Part shown: positions 40,482 to 49,982 of the stretch, in pieces | Numbering within the stretch: the first letter of the stretch is position 1 | Layout of the letters: each line of letters starts with the position of its first letter | Source: Verrucomicrobiota bacterium | Lineage (GTDB): Bacteria; Verrucomicrobiota; Verrucomicrobiia; Limisphaerales; SXQI01 | Direction: 5' to 3' | DNA length: 64,000 nucleotides | NCBI GenBank assembly: GCA_033762115.1 | Contig: JANRLX010000067.1 | Coordinates: forward strand, 33,189 to 97,188 | The notes under the pieces: model-generated | Told to the model about the DNA's origin: nothing | Seen by the model: the letters and a program-made list of their open reading frames with translations, nothing else | Database searches by the model: none | Made by a program: the position numbers and the translations under genes

Positions 40482-42131
40482 TCACTTCCAGCGGGCGACA
40501 GAAAGGTCAATGAAGTTGGCTGCGTTGCACGTCAAACCGATGAAGGCCGGGTCAATTAATAGAGTCTGGCTAGTTTGATAAAGAAAAACACCGGGAGCAT
40601 CTTCGACCAGGTCTTTCTCGATCTTCGCGACTTGGTCAAGCTGGGATTGAGTGGGCGCATCCCTGAAAAGATTTGCAATCGCTTTGTCGTTAGCTGGATT
40701 TTTAAAATAGAAGACGTTGGGAAGGGGCACTGCAGCCGAGGTGTAAAAATTTTCCAGGATGAGCTGAGGCAGTCCATACTGGTATTCAAAACCAAGAACG
40801 GTTGCTTCAAAATCTCCCTTCCGAACTGCATCGAGAACAGCGTTGAAGCTCTGCTGAACAAGTTCCACATCTATGCCTAGAGGTTTAAGTTGAGATTGAA
40901 CTACTTCACCGATGGGCACCGCCTGCGCTAGTTCATGAACCAAAAGCTTCATTTTGGGTGTGGCGCCGGGGCTATTCTGTTTATAGCGCTCTAATGCTTG
41001 CCGAGCTGCGTCAAGATCGCGTGAGGGCTTCACAAGGCTGTGGTAACTGGCACACGCAAGCGGAATAGGTCCTGCCGCCGGGATGCCGGTCGTTGGAACG
41101 GCAGCCGCGATGACTTCGTTACGATCCAAGGCGAGGGCAATTGCTCGGCGTAGATCAGAATTTACTTTGGGATAATTGAAGGCAATGAAATAGGAGTTGA
41201 AAATCGGAAATGTTTGTTGGCTAAATGTGCGAGCGGCGTCATCTGTCAGAGTCACCTGCTCATTCGTCCTCTTGACAAGACCTTGGAGCAATGCGGGAGT
41301 TCCATACAGAACAGTGACACGGCGTGCTTTAGCCTCTGCCAAACGGACGGCGTCTTCCTTAATAGTCCGGTAGATTACTTGTCGAGGCGCATCTTTAACG
41401 GTTGTTCCCCAATAGCCGGAGAAACGCTCCAGGACAATTTCATTGCCTCGCCGTTCTACGAAACGGAATGGACCTGTTCCAGAGTGGAGCTTTTGCCCAA
41501 AGTCAGCCCCATCGGCCTCCACAGCTTTACGACTTACAATGGCATAAGCTGGAGAGGAAATTCGTCCAGGAAAGAGACTGTCTGGCCGGGTAAGAGTGAA
41601 TTCTACCTCAGAGGGCGAAATGACCCGAACCCCAGAAAGGTCTTCCGATTTTCCGTCCTGGACATCTTTCGCGCCGACTATGATGCCCGCCAACGGCCCT
41701 GCGGTGACCGCATCCTTGGCCAACATTCGCGTGAAACTAAAGATAACATCATTGACCGTGACTGCCTCCGATGGTCCTCCTGAGGCAGGATGTGGGTGAA
41801 AAGTGACTCCCTCGCGGAGATGAAAAGTCCATTTCGTAAAATCGGGGTTGCTCTCCCATTTGTCGGACACCGCACCAATAATCTCGTTTTGTTTACCAAG
41901 CTTTGTCAGCCCTTCAGCGATCTGATAGCCGACTCGGAGCCCAAAAACGTCCTGAAGGCGCGCCGGATCGATAGATGCGACATCATTCTCCAGAGCAATA
42001 ACTACAGAACGCTCTGTTGATGGTGTTGGTGTTGGTGTTGGTGTGGGTGTGGGTGTGGAGCGCCGACTAAAAATTGCCCAGGAAAGCCCGGCGGCAACTA
42101 GGACGACGATGAGGACATGCGATTTCTTCAT
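40482..42131 (-). CDS. Family 5 ABC substrate-binding protein with Pro-Thr linker
   Basis: SIDPA, WTFHLREGVTFH, GTGPFRF, LRRAIALALDR; N-terminal anchor then (TP)6. Confidence 0.92.
   Translation of the reverse strand: MKKSHVLIVVLVAAGLSWAIFSRRSTPTPTPTPTPTPSTERSVVIALENDVASIDPARLQDVFGLRVGYQIAEGLTKLGKQNEIIGAVSDKWESNPDFTKWTFHLREGVTFHPHPASGGPSEAVTVNDVIFSFTRMLAKDAVTAGPLAGIIVGAKDVQDGKSEDLSGVRVISPSEVEFTLTRPDSLFPGRISSPAYAIVSRKAVEADGADFGQKLHSGTGPFRFVERRGNEIVLERFSGYWGTTVKDAPRQVIYRTIKEDAVRLAEAKARRVTVLYGTPALLQGLVKRTNEQVTLTDDAARTFSQQTFPIFNSYFIAFNYPKVNSDLRRAIALALDRNEVIAAAVPTTGIPAAGPIPLACASYHSLVKPSRDLDAARQALERYKQNSPGATPKMKLLVHELAQAVPIGEVVQSQLKPLGIDVELVQQSFNAVLDAVRKGDFEATVLGFEYQYGLPQLILENFYTSAAVPLPNVFYFKNPANDKAIANLFRDAPTQSQLDQVAKIEKDLVEDAPGVFLYQTSQTLLIDPAFIGLTCNAANFIDLSVARWK
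42021..42058. repeat. In-frame hexamer tandem repeat encoding Thr-Pro repeats
   Basis: tggtgttggtgttggtgttggtgtgggtgtgggtgtgg. Confidence 0.9.
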
Positions 42132-42158
42132 CAGGCAAAAATGTCAAAGCGTGTATTT

Positions 42159-43385
42159 TTATGCAGGCACCAGCGAATGCGTTTTACGAGCGCATCGGCC
42201 AAGATACGACGCTTTAAATAGAGGCAAAACCTCCGACTCAAAACGGTCGTCGAGCTGAGTCAAACGAGGATGCTGCGAAGCTGCCAAAATTAGTTGTCGA
42301 TAATCGCAGCCGGATTCGCGGACATTTCCTACACGGTTTACGGAATAAAGACGAGGTTGAAGACTGTCTTCAACACAGACAAGTTCACCATCTACAGTCA
42401 CGCGAGCTGTCTGTCTAAGGGATATTGGTGTGGGTACGAAGCGGAAATGAAGAGTAAGGCCATTTCCGAAATTGAAATGAGAATACAAAAAACCGCTCCA
42501 ATCGACTTCCATGGATTCCAAACTAAACCATTCCGAACGCATGAATGCAGCAACAGTTGCTGGCGATATAATGCCAGCATCTACCTGCAAAGCCACCGGA
42601 TGCGGCAATTGTAGTGAACCGAGTCCCCCGAGTGTGCGAAAAAAATAGTCGTAATCGTTCTCGGTCAAATCCAATTTGCGATCAGTGTAAGGCAGCGGGC
42701 AGTAGAAACTGGCACCGACGTTTTTCACCCCCAAGCCTGCAAATGCAATTAAGGCGTTTCCGAGATTTTTAAGATTGTGCTTTTGTACGGTCAGGGTGAT
42801 AAAAAGTTTTTCAGCAAGGTGTCGTGCAGCCCATTCAACATTAGGGCGAACGGCTGCATAACTTCCAAGGCCCCGAATAGTATCGTGGTCTGATTCGTTG
42901 CCCTCCATGCTGAGGTCGACGTAGCAAAGTTGATGTGACTGCAACCGGTGTCGGTGTTGGTGAATGAGAGTGCCGTTAGTTATTACGCCAAGTCCTAAAC
43001 CTGGAACCTCCCGGCGTCGTTTCGACAAATGATCCAATACGGCGGGGCCAATCTGTCCGAGGAACAATTCCTTGCCCACGACGACAAAATGCTGAACTCC
43101 GTCGGTAATCGCGGAATCGATGACGAGATTCCACTCATCAAGGCTCAAGCGTCTTTGAGATGGCTTGGGCAACTGCAGATAGCAATGACGACAGGCCAAG
43201 TTGCATTCATTATTCACCAAAAGCGTTAGTGAGCGTCGACGTGGTTGGACCTCTTCCATAGCGCGAATATCGCGGATGTTTGCCTTCCCTTCGAAGAGTC
43301 GTTGGATGAGATTTCTAAACGCTTGGCTCTCATGGGAGCCCAATGGGCCGCCATTCGTGCCGGAAATACTGATTGGTCCGTTCAT
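42159..43385 (-). CDS. Radical SAM protein with Cys-poor SPASM/Twitch-like tail
   Basis: CNLACRHC (CxxxCxxC), ITNGTL, HDTIRG.GSY, VTVDGELVC...VGNVR. Confidence 0.9.
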   Translation of the reverse strand: MNGPISISGTNGGPLGSHESQAFRNLIQRLFEGKANIRDIRAMEEVQPRRRSLTLLVNNECNLACRHCYLQLPKPSQRRLSLDEWNLVIDSAITDGVQHFVVVGKELFLGQIGPAVLDHLSKRRREVPGLGLGVITNGTLIHQHRHRLQSHQLCYVDLSMEGNESDHDTIRGLGSYAAVRPNVEWAARHLAEKLFITLTVQKHNLKNLGNALIAFAGLGVKNVGASFYCPLPYTDRKLDLTENDYDYFFRTLGGLGSLQLPHPVALQVDAGIISPATVAAFMRSEWFSLESMEVDWSGFLYSHFNFGNGLTLHFRFVPTPISLRQTARVTVDGELVCVEDSLQPRLYSVNRVGNVRESGCDYRQLILAASQHPRLTQLDDRFESEVLPLFKASYLGRCARKTHSLVPA

Positions 43386-43412
43386 AAATTTAAAATGGCA
43401 AAAAGCCTTGCT

Positions 43413-44252
43413 TCATAATGCAGGAGAATTCGCATAGTTCAAACCAGAAAACTCGTGAAGGCGGGCTGCCTCGATGAGACGCTTCGTATAGTTATTATCA
43501 GGATGTGACAGCACGTTGCTGGTGGTCCCAGATTCCATCACACAACCGTTATGCAAAACCGTTACGCGTTGACAGAGATGTGAAACGAGGCCGAGATCAT
43601 GGGACACAAAAAGCAATGCCATATCAAGACGTTCGCGGATTTCCTGCAGTAAGCCTACGATCTCCGCCTGAGTGGTCACATCCAAGGAACTCGTGGCCTC
43701 GTCGGCGATTAACAACTTGGGCTTACAGGCAAGTGCCATCGCAATCACGACTCGCTGAGACATGCCCCCGCTCAATTCGTGGGGGTATGCCTTTGCACAT
43801 CGATCCGGGTCTCGCAATTTAACTGATTCAAAAAGACGGAGCACCTCAGCTTTTGCTTCGCTTCCGACAATCCCAGCATGGAGTTTCAGAACCCACTCAA
43901 CCTGCTTGCCGACAGCATAAACTGGGTTTAACGATGCTTGAGGGTCCTGAAAGATCACCGAAATCTCTTTGCCACGGATACGGCGAAGATCTGCTTCACG
44001 CAAGCCGATCAAATCGCGCCCAAGCCATTCAATGCAGCCGTTTGTTACCCTTCCATTGCCAGGCAGCAACCCGAGAATCGAGTGTGCCAGAACTGTTTTC
44101 CCGGAACCAGACTCGCCCACAAGTCCCACCGCCTCACCTTCAAAAATCGAAAGGTTTACCTGGTCTAGGGCGCGATGAGCCACTGACTTGTCCGCGTCAA
44201 AATCGACGGTCAAGCCCTTCACCTGAAGAAGGTTGTTCGCACGCGCTGCCAC
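43413..44252 (-). CDS. Dpp/Opp ABC ATP-binding protein (DppD-like)
   Basis: GESGSGKT, FQDPQASLNP, YPHELSGGMSQR, LLIADEAT, SHDL. Confidence 0.93.
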   Translation of the reverse strand: MAARANNLLQVKGLTVDFDADKSVAHRALDQVNLSIFEGEAVGLVGESGSGKTVLAHSILGLLPGNGRVTNGCIEWLGRDLIGLREADLRRIRGKEISVIFQDPQASLNPVYAVGKQVEWVLKLHAGIVGSEAKAEVLRLFESVKLRDPDRCAKAYPHELSGGMSQRVVIAMALACKPKLLIADEATSSLDVTTQAEIVGLLQEIRERLDMALLFVSHDLGLVSHLCQRVTVLHNGCVMESGTTSNVLSHPDNNYTKRLIEAARLHEFSGLNYANSPAL

Positions 44253-44611
44253 AAATTAAACCCAATTGGTTCTCTTTAACATATGCGTGACAAATTCCGT
44301 CACGGGACCCCGTTTTGGCGCAAGTGCCTGATTTAAAGCCAGTAACGTTCGGATGGGGAATCAATAAAACCGGTCGGAGTAGTTCCAAAAGGGGGGCCAG
44401 TAACCAGCGTTTTTCCCCTCGAAAAAAGAGGACAATTGGGGTTGAACCCGAGAAAAAGTTAAACTTCCATCGCTCAAAATGGTGGCCCTAGCGGTTTTGG
44501 ATCGAATTCCGGGTTCCCGAAATTTCACTGAAATGTGACGCCATTTGTCTCCAGGGCACCGTGCATTGTCACGCAGGGATGATGATGCACAAACCATCCG
44601 CGAAATTGAGA

Positions 44612-45355
44612 ATGACAACGAAAAACCGAATAATTGCGATTCTGTCGTTAGGCATTGTGATGTGTTGCGGTGGCTGCGATCGCTCTTTCGTCGTGAGAAC
44701 TCCTCTCGATTCGTTGGAAACATTCTCAAAGAACGATGCCGTTCTCGTGGATGGAACTTTGGCGGGTCATGTAAAAAAAGTGACAGTTGAAGGCGACAAG
44801 CGTATTGCCGTTCTTGCAATAACGGAGGATTTCGCAAAACAAAAAATGCGAGCCGGAGTGGTGCGGGTCCCTGGCAAGGGAAAAATAAGCCTTCGGACGG
44901 ATGGCGTGGAATCCCAATCGCCATTGCTTTCGACGGGCGCAATCATTCCTGTGATTTCCAAGACGGGGCTCGCGGTTCGCCAATTGACATCGAATCGAAT
45001 GTTGACGGGGTTGATGGTTGGCTTGGGTATTATTGCTGTCTGCTTGCTCGTATTTCGCCGCTTGGTTCGCGGGTGGTTACTCGTTTTGACGTTGGTTTTA
45101 TCCGCAACAATCGCCTGGATTGTATTGCCCTGGACAGCTAATGCGGTCTCAAGAGGGTTTGCACTCTTGCCCAGAATGGCCTCAAGCGCCAACCCCGCGC
45201 CCGCAACTCTCGGTACCTCCCAAAGTCTTTCCACCTTTTTCGAAAGTCCGCCCAATCCTCATATGGTGGCGTACGCTGGGGTATTCATTGCGGCATTTAT
45301 CGTCCTGTCGGTCGTCTTGCGCGGTGCATTCAACCGTTTGGAGAATCGAGGATGA
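44612..45355 (+). CDS. MCE/MlaD-like domain membrane protein
   Basis: Signal ending CGGC, DAVLVDGTLAGHVKKV (MCE-like), then three hydrophobic helices; start moved to ATG 44612. Confidence 0.5.
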   Translation: MTTKNRIIAILSLGIVMCCGGCDRSFVVRTPLDSLETFSKNDAVLVDGTLAGHVKKVTVEGDKRIAVLAITEDFAKQKMRAGVVRVPGKGKISLRTDGVESQSPLLSTGAIIPVISKTGLAVRQLTSNRMLTGLMVGLGIIAVCLLVFRRLVRGWLLVLTLVLSATIAWIVLPWTANAVSRGFALLPRMASSANPAPATLGTSQSLSTFFESPPNPHMVAYAGVFIAAFIVLSVVLRGAFNRLENRG

Positions 45356-45684
45356 TCATGACCCTTCAAATTGCCAAACAGGTCTTCGGTAAGATTGAAG
45401 ACAGCCGAATTGCCGAATTGAAAATTGATCTGTATCGCGCAGCGGAAAAATATACGTGTTGTCGAACTGCATGGAGGCTGACGCCGCCAGAACATCGACA
45501 TCTGATTGATGCGTCGCGAACACGATCACACAACGCGCTAATCGATGCGTTGAATACCTTAAGCCGGGAACAGGCGAACCTCGGCGAGGACAATTCATGG
45601 CGCGGCACGCTGGGAGACGACAGAAAAACTCTTGGTGACATAGCCGCATACATCGTTTTATTCCTCGCCCTCACAGCGAGATGA
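45352..45684 (+). CDS. DUF3232-like small helical protein
   Basis: D..RTRSHNALIDALN.LSR...W...LGDDRK..GD.A pattern. Confidence 0.6.
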   Translation: MIMTLQIAKQVFGKIEDSRIAELKIDLYRAAEKYTCCRTAWRLTPPEHRHLIDASRTRSHNALIDALNTLSREQANLGEDNSWRGTLGDDRKTLGDIAAYIVLFLALTAR

Positions 45685-45691
45685 TTCTCAA

Positions 45692-46618
45692 ATGAATAAA
45701 CATGCAATAACCATTTGTGCGTTACTTCTCGCGCTGGCGACCGGCGGCCTTGCTCTGGCGCTGATTCAGAAGAATGCAGCCTCGGGACCGCAGCAGCACA
45801 GTGTTCCCCGCCCAAAAATTCCAAAGGCAATCTCTTCCGAGAATTTTCAACGCCAGGCTGATCGGGATCTGATCGAGCGGTTGCGAAAGATAGAAGCAGC
45901 GGAAATCACGACAAAGCTGGATGCCGTTCTCGTAAAGCCTTTTGTTGATGATGTAAATACTCGGTCCCTCTGCGTCGAGGGTTTGGAAGTGAGCGAGAAT
46001 CAATTTCCAATACTCCACTCAATCGTTTTAGATTGCGCCCGGATTCTTCGCGTCTCACCGGTGCCCCGTGTGTTCGTCTCAGAACGCCCCGAACTGTCAA
46101 TTGCGATAGAAAATTTCTCCGAGCCGGTGATCGTCATACATAGCAGCCTCCTATGGCGTTTTCAGGATGGACGGGAGCAACGTTTCCTTATTGGCCGAGA
46201 GTTCGGACACATAATTGCCGGCCATGTGAGATGGCAAACGCTTTCGAGAAGCGCTCAATTATGTGTAAACCAAACCGGATTCGGAGCGGGCCCCCTCAAA
46301 CTGCTGGTTCTTCCATTGCTTCAGTGGACTCGCGAAGCTGAAATGAGCGCGGACAATGCTGGGCTGATTTGCGCTCAAGACATCAAGATCGCGGAGCGAA
46401 CGTTGGTTTCCTTGGCAACCGGTGTTCACGATTTTGCCCTGCATGAGATACATGTGGATGAATACCTCAAACAGGCCGGAGCGCAATCTCTCAGCGGTTT
46501 TTCTGAGGTTGCCCTGTTCTGGAAGGAGTTGCACAAACCAACACCATTCGCGCCCGAGCGAATTCGGCAATTACGCGAGTTTGAAGCTTCAGACCGCTAT
46601 CGGCGCCTGTGGAATTGA
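45692..46618 (+). CDS. M48-family metallopeptidase-like protein (RExxH variant)
   Basis: QFP.L, FLIGREFGH..AGH, WTREAEMSADNAGL, ERIRQL; N-terminal anchor. Confidence 0.8.
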   Translation: MNKHAITICALLLALATGGLALALIQKNAASGPQQHSVPRPKIPKAISSENFQRQADRDLIERLRKIEAAEITTKLDAVLVKPFVDDVNTRSLCVEGLEVSENQFPILHSIVLDCARILRVSPVPRVFVSERPELSIAIENFSEPVIVIHSSLLWRFQDGREQRFLIGREFGHIIAGHVRWQTLSRSAQLCVNQTGFGAGPLKLLVLPLLQWTREAEMSADNAGLICAQDIKIAERTLVSLATGVHDFALHEIHVDEYLKQAGAQSLSGFSEVALFWKELHKPTPFAPERIRQLREFEASDRYRRLWN

Positions 46619-46732
46619 AACAACATCATTAAAGCGAAGGCATCATCCGACTCAGCCGACCAAGATGCGCGGCGTGCGCGGGTTGGGCAAAAATGAATTC
46701 TTCTGGGGGGTGTGTTGAACTGGCGCATTGGA

Positions 46733-47119
46733 TTAGGGATCATTTTTGGTCTGTTTCTCATCGGTTACGTGTTCAATTGTCTCAATAATGCCGCGGTCTT
46801 TATCCGCCAGTGGCTTGTATCGGTGGGGGCACTTTTTGAGCCACGCGACAGAAAGTGTCTGAAATGCCGCGACCAATTCGGTCAACGACTTACCTTTCAC
46901 GGCGAATGTCTGAGACTTGAAGTGGAGGTGTAGAGTTTCTCGATCTCTCTCGCGCAGGAGTTTAGCGCTCTCGAAATATCCGTACGGCAGGATAAACTCT
47001 GTTTCGTCAGAAAGGAAAATTCGCAGACACAGCGGATTTTCGCTGGTCTGCCAGCATTTCAAATCTTCATTCCGTGTCGGTGGAACATCGTGGCGTTTGG
47101 GTCGAGCTTCCGTTTGCAT
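46733..47119 (-). CDS. Small hypothetical protein downstream of the relaxase
   Basis: 128-aa ORF overlapping the relaxase 3' end. Confidence 0.65.
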   Translation of the reverse strand: MQTEARPKRHDVPPTRNEDLKCWQTSENPLCLRIFLSDETEFILPYGYFESAKLLRERDRETLHLHFKSQTFAVKGKSLTELVAAFQTLSVAWLKKCPHRYKPLADKDRGIIETIEHVTDEKQTKNDP

Positions 47120-49878
47120 ATTACTCCTTCATCGGTTCGGATCGCTGAATTTCGTCGGGACTGAATCAGGTTTTCAACGTAACGCCGGATGACGCAGGGA
47201 GTGGTTCCTGAAGAATCTGATTTTGCCATTTCGATTGCCAGTTCCCGCTCGCCTGGACGGCAAACGTTTTCTCGCAGTTGATCCTTGTCCTGCGTGAAGA
47301 TTTTTACCCCCCGTCGTCCTCTGGAAATGGAAACCAGCCATTGCTGATTGTTCGTTGCCGCCTTCACCATTGAGTCGGAGAATAGGACGTGATCCATGGT
47401 CTTGCCCTGAGATCCGTAAGACGTGACTGCATAGCCCCGAACGAATTGGCGAAAGTTGGACGGCAAAGTGCGTCCGTCGCCCAAGCGAATTCGTCCATCT
47501 CCAAAGATAGCCTCAATCGTGACCAATTCGCCGTTGACCACTTCCTTTCCGTCCGCGCTGTGACCGTTGGCTTTGAGTTGGAGACAATCGCCCTTCGCCA
47601 ATTCCATTTCTTTCGGGCGACAGACTGCAATTTTGTCCACATGCTTGAAAGCGATTTTTCGAATGATATCCTCGGATTCGATAAGCAGATGGTTTGCCAT
47701 GACTTTGAGCAACTTCGCGTTATCACCCTTTTTCAAACCCGCAACATTTCGATTGAAAACTAATACAGCACCGGGTTCATAAAACCGCTCATCCCGTTTT
47801 TGAGCATCTGTTAAGTCGATGCGCTCCAAAGCTGAAACCTTGAAGTCCTCTTTGCCAATCAACCCAGCGCTTCGAAGGCCAATGCGAATCCGCTCGTTCA
47901 CCTCGTGAATTTCTCCCCAGGTTTGCGACACGACGACGGTCGATTGCTTTCGTTGAGCCAAATCGAGGTAAGCGGAGACGAGGCTCTCACGTTGTTCATC
48001 CCTCGATTTGCACTCGACGATTGCGCCAAGCCGTTCCAGGCGATCAAAGGAGCCAGCCAAATCCCCACCTTGAGCCTGCCTAACAGCAGACCGGTATTGC
48101 TTGATCCGCTTTCGCTCATGCTTCGTTTCACCGAGTTTTGGATTTTGGCGCCGTATTTTCACGAGGCGGGCTGGTGCCAATCCAGAATATCGTTCAATGG
48201 CGCGAAGCGCGTCTGAGGCTTCGACGGCTCCATGCTGGCGAGTGTCCCCGGAAAGAATCACACGGCCGCTGTTCGCCTTCACAAGACTCAAAAGGTCGTG
48301 CATCTGTTTGCCCCCGATTTGTCCGGCTTCGTCCACGATTATCACTGCACCCGGCTGAATCGAGCGTTTCGCGAGGAACTCGGAAACAGTCTGGGCCTGA
48401 TCAAAAGATTTTCGTAAATCGATTGCTTGCTGGCGCTGAGGTGCAATTACGGATATCGAATGGCCACTCGCCTTCAGTGTTTTCCCAACTTCACTCAGCG
48501 CGTGGCTCTTGCCCGTACCCGCGCCGCCCGAAAACAAGGTTATGAAATCCCGAGAATGAAGGATCTGTTTCACAGCGGCACGCTGATCAGCCATCAAACT
48601 TTGTGGCGCTTCATAGTCAGAAACGAACGGGGCGAACGTTCGGGCGCCTTGTCGCGCCAAGCATACAATCTCCCATTCGCGTCGCAAGGCTTCCAGTGTC
48701 GTCAGCGTATCCGTCCGAATTTCATCGCGGACATATTCCCGCTTTTGCGTGAAATTCTTCAAATCAGATGCGGAAAAAGAATGGCCACGGCCGTGTTCCA
48801 AGGCAGAGCTCCACAAGTCCCGCTCACGCAAGACGGAACGGCGATCAAATAAGTGCTCTTCCGCCCAACCTACCGCTTCAGGCACCCCGATCGGTGAAGA
48901 TTCATAGTGGTGAGATTTGCCCCTCGGCCAGATACCCGAAAGAGCTTTTTGTTCATCACGAGAGAGCTGGCCCTCCCAAAGTTTCTTGAGCACGGAAAGC
49001 TGAAGCCCCACGAGTTTTCGGGGTCGCTCCGCTTGGGCAATTTGCGCCCGGAGCTTTTTCACATTTCCGTTTGCAACCTCCGGATTATCGCGCACAAGCT
49101 CCTCGATCCGCTGATCAATCTGATGGTGGCGTTTTGCAAATCGGGAACAGATTTCGTTTGAAATACCACGAATCTCAAAATCGCCACGCGGCTTGTTTTC
49201 GATCTCGTACCCAAATTGGCGTAACTCGCGAGCCAATTCATGATAGTAAACATTTTCGGCAAATTTCTGAGCCCGTAACATTTCAAAATTGGAGAGTGCC
49301 TTCCATCGACCCTCCGATCCATCGTGCGTGGCGTTAAACACGATGCAGTGGGTGTGCAAATGCGGGTCGAGAGCGCGAGAGGTATCGTGACGGAAGAGGG
49401 CGCATACAATATTTCCTGTCAGCCGCTCGGAGGTTCGCAGCCCTGCATGAACTCGGGTGCCAGCAAAATGCTCAAGCTCCATCATCGCCATCTTCACCGC
49501 TCGATTGTGAGATTCAACGATCCGATTGTCGTTTCCAACGAGGGCCTGGACAGAGACCGATTTCGGTGGTGAGAAAGTGAAGTCGTACAGCACACGGCGA
49601 TTGGCGACCTCCACGGATTTAGCATCATCCCATCGCGTTGTTTTCATCCGCTGCGTTAGGAGATTTCCGGTCGAGGGATTCTGATTCCTGCATAGCTTCA
49701 AAAAGTCATCCATTTTGACTGACGATGACAATCCAAGTTGCTGAGCGCCTTTGCCCATCCATTCGCCCAGAACCTGATTTTCAATGCTGTAATAATCCCC
49801 CACCAGGAGATGTTCTTTAAAATACTTCTCCGCATTTCCGAGATTGCATTGCGCCTTGATCGTGAGCACTGGTTTCAC
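47059..49878 (-). CDS. MOBF (TrwC/TraI-like) relaxase-helicase
   Basis: KYF...GDYY, DFTFSPPKSVS, HDTSRALDPHLHTH (HUH), helicase motifs GGAGTGKS, IVDEAG, SGDTRQH, YAVTSYGSQGKT. Confidence 0.96.
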   Translation of the reverse strand: MKPVLTIKAQCNLGNAEKYFKEHLLVGDYYSIENQVLGEWMGKGAQQLGLSSSVKMDDFLKLCRNQNPSTGNLLTQRMKTTRWDDAKSVEVANRRVLYDFTFSPPKSVSVQALVGNDNRIVESHNRAVKMAMMELEHFAGTRVHAGLRTSERLTGNIVCALFRHDTSRALDPHLHTHCIVFNATHDGSEGRWKALSNFEMLRAQKFAENVYYHELARELRQFGYEIENKPRGDFEIRGISNEICSRFAKRHHQIDQRIEELVRDNPEVANGNVKKLRAQIAQAERPRKLVGLQLSVLKKLWEGQLSRDEQKALSGIWPRGKSHHYESSPIGVPEAVGWAEEHLFDRRSVLRERDLWSSALEHGRGHSFSASDLKNFTQKREYVRDEIRTDTLTTLEALRREWEIVCLARQGARTFAPFVSDYEAPQSLMADQRAAVKQILHSRDFITLFSGGAGTGKSHALSEVGKTLKASGHSISVIAPQRQQAIDLRKSFDQAQTVSEFLAKRSIQPGAVIIVDEAGQIGGKQMHDLLSLVKANSGRVILSGDTRQHGAVEASDALRAIERYSGLAPARLVKIRRQNPKLGETKHERKRIKQYRSAVRQAQGGDLAGSFDRLERLGAIVECKSRDEQRESLVSAYLDLAQRKQSTVVVSQTWGEIHEVNERIRIGLRSAGLIGKEDFKVSALERIDLTDAQKRDERFYEPGAVLVFNRNVAGLKKGDNAKLLKVMANHLLIESEDIIRKIAFKHVDKIAVCRPKEMELAKGDCLQLKANGHSADGKEVVNGELVTIEAIFGDGRIRLGDGRTLPSNFRQFVRGYAVTSYGSQGKTMDHVLFSDSMVKAATNNQQWLVSISRGRRGVKIFTQDKDQLRENVCRPGERELAIEMAKSDSSGTTPCVIRRYVENLIQSRRNSAIRTDEGVICKRKLDPNATMFHRHGMKI

Positions 49879-49900
49879 GATAGCACTCTCTCTCGAAAAT

Positions 49901-49928
49901 CTTGTACCGGCAGCGTTACAGCTTTACG
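49901..49928. repeat. 28-bp direct repeat, copy 1; candidate oriT core
   Basis: CTTGTACCGGCAGCGTTACAGCTTTACG, beginning 23 nt from the relaxase start codon; identical to 63665-63692. Confidence 0.85.
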
Positions 49929-49982
49929 TAATGAGGGGACATTGAGGGCATGAACAGAACCGCAGCAGTTTTAACGAAACTT

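Noticed and set aside
46650..46657. ACTCAGCC matching part of the tRNA D-arm
   Set aside because: An 8-bp match is expected by chance and does not extend.
49881..49888. TAGCACTC resembling a CIRCE half-site
   Set aside because: No second arm at 9-bp spacing, and it is not conserved in repeat copy 2.
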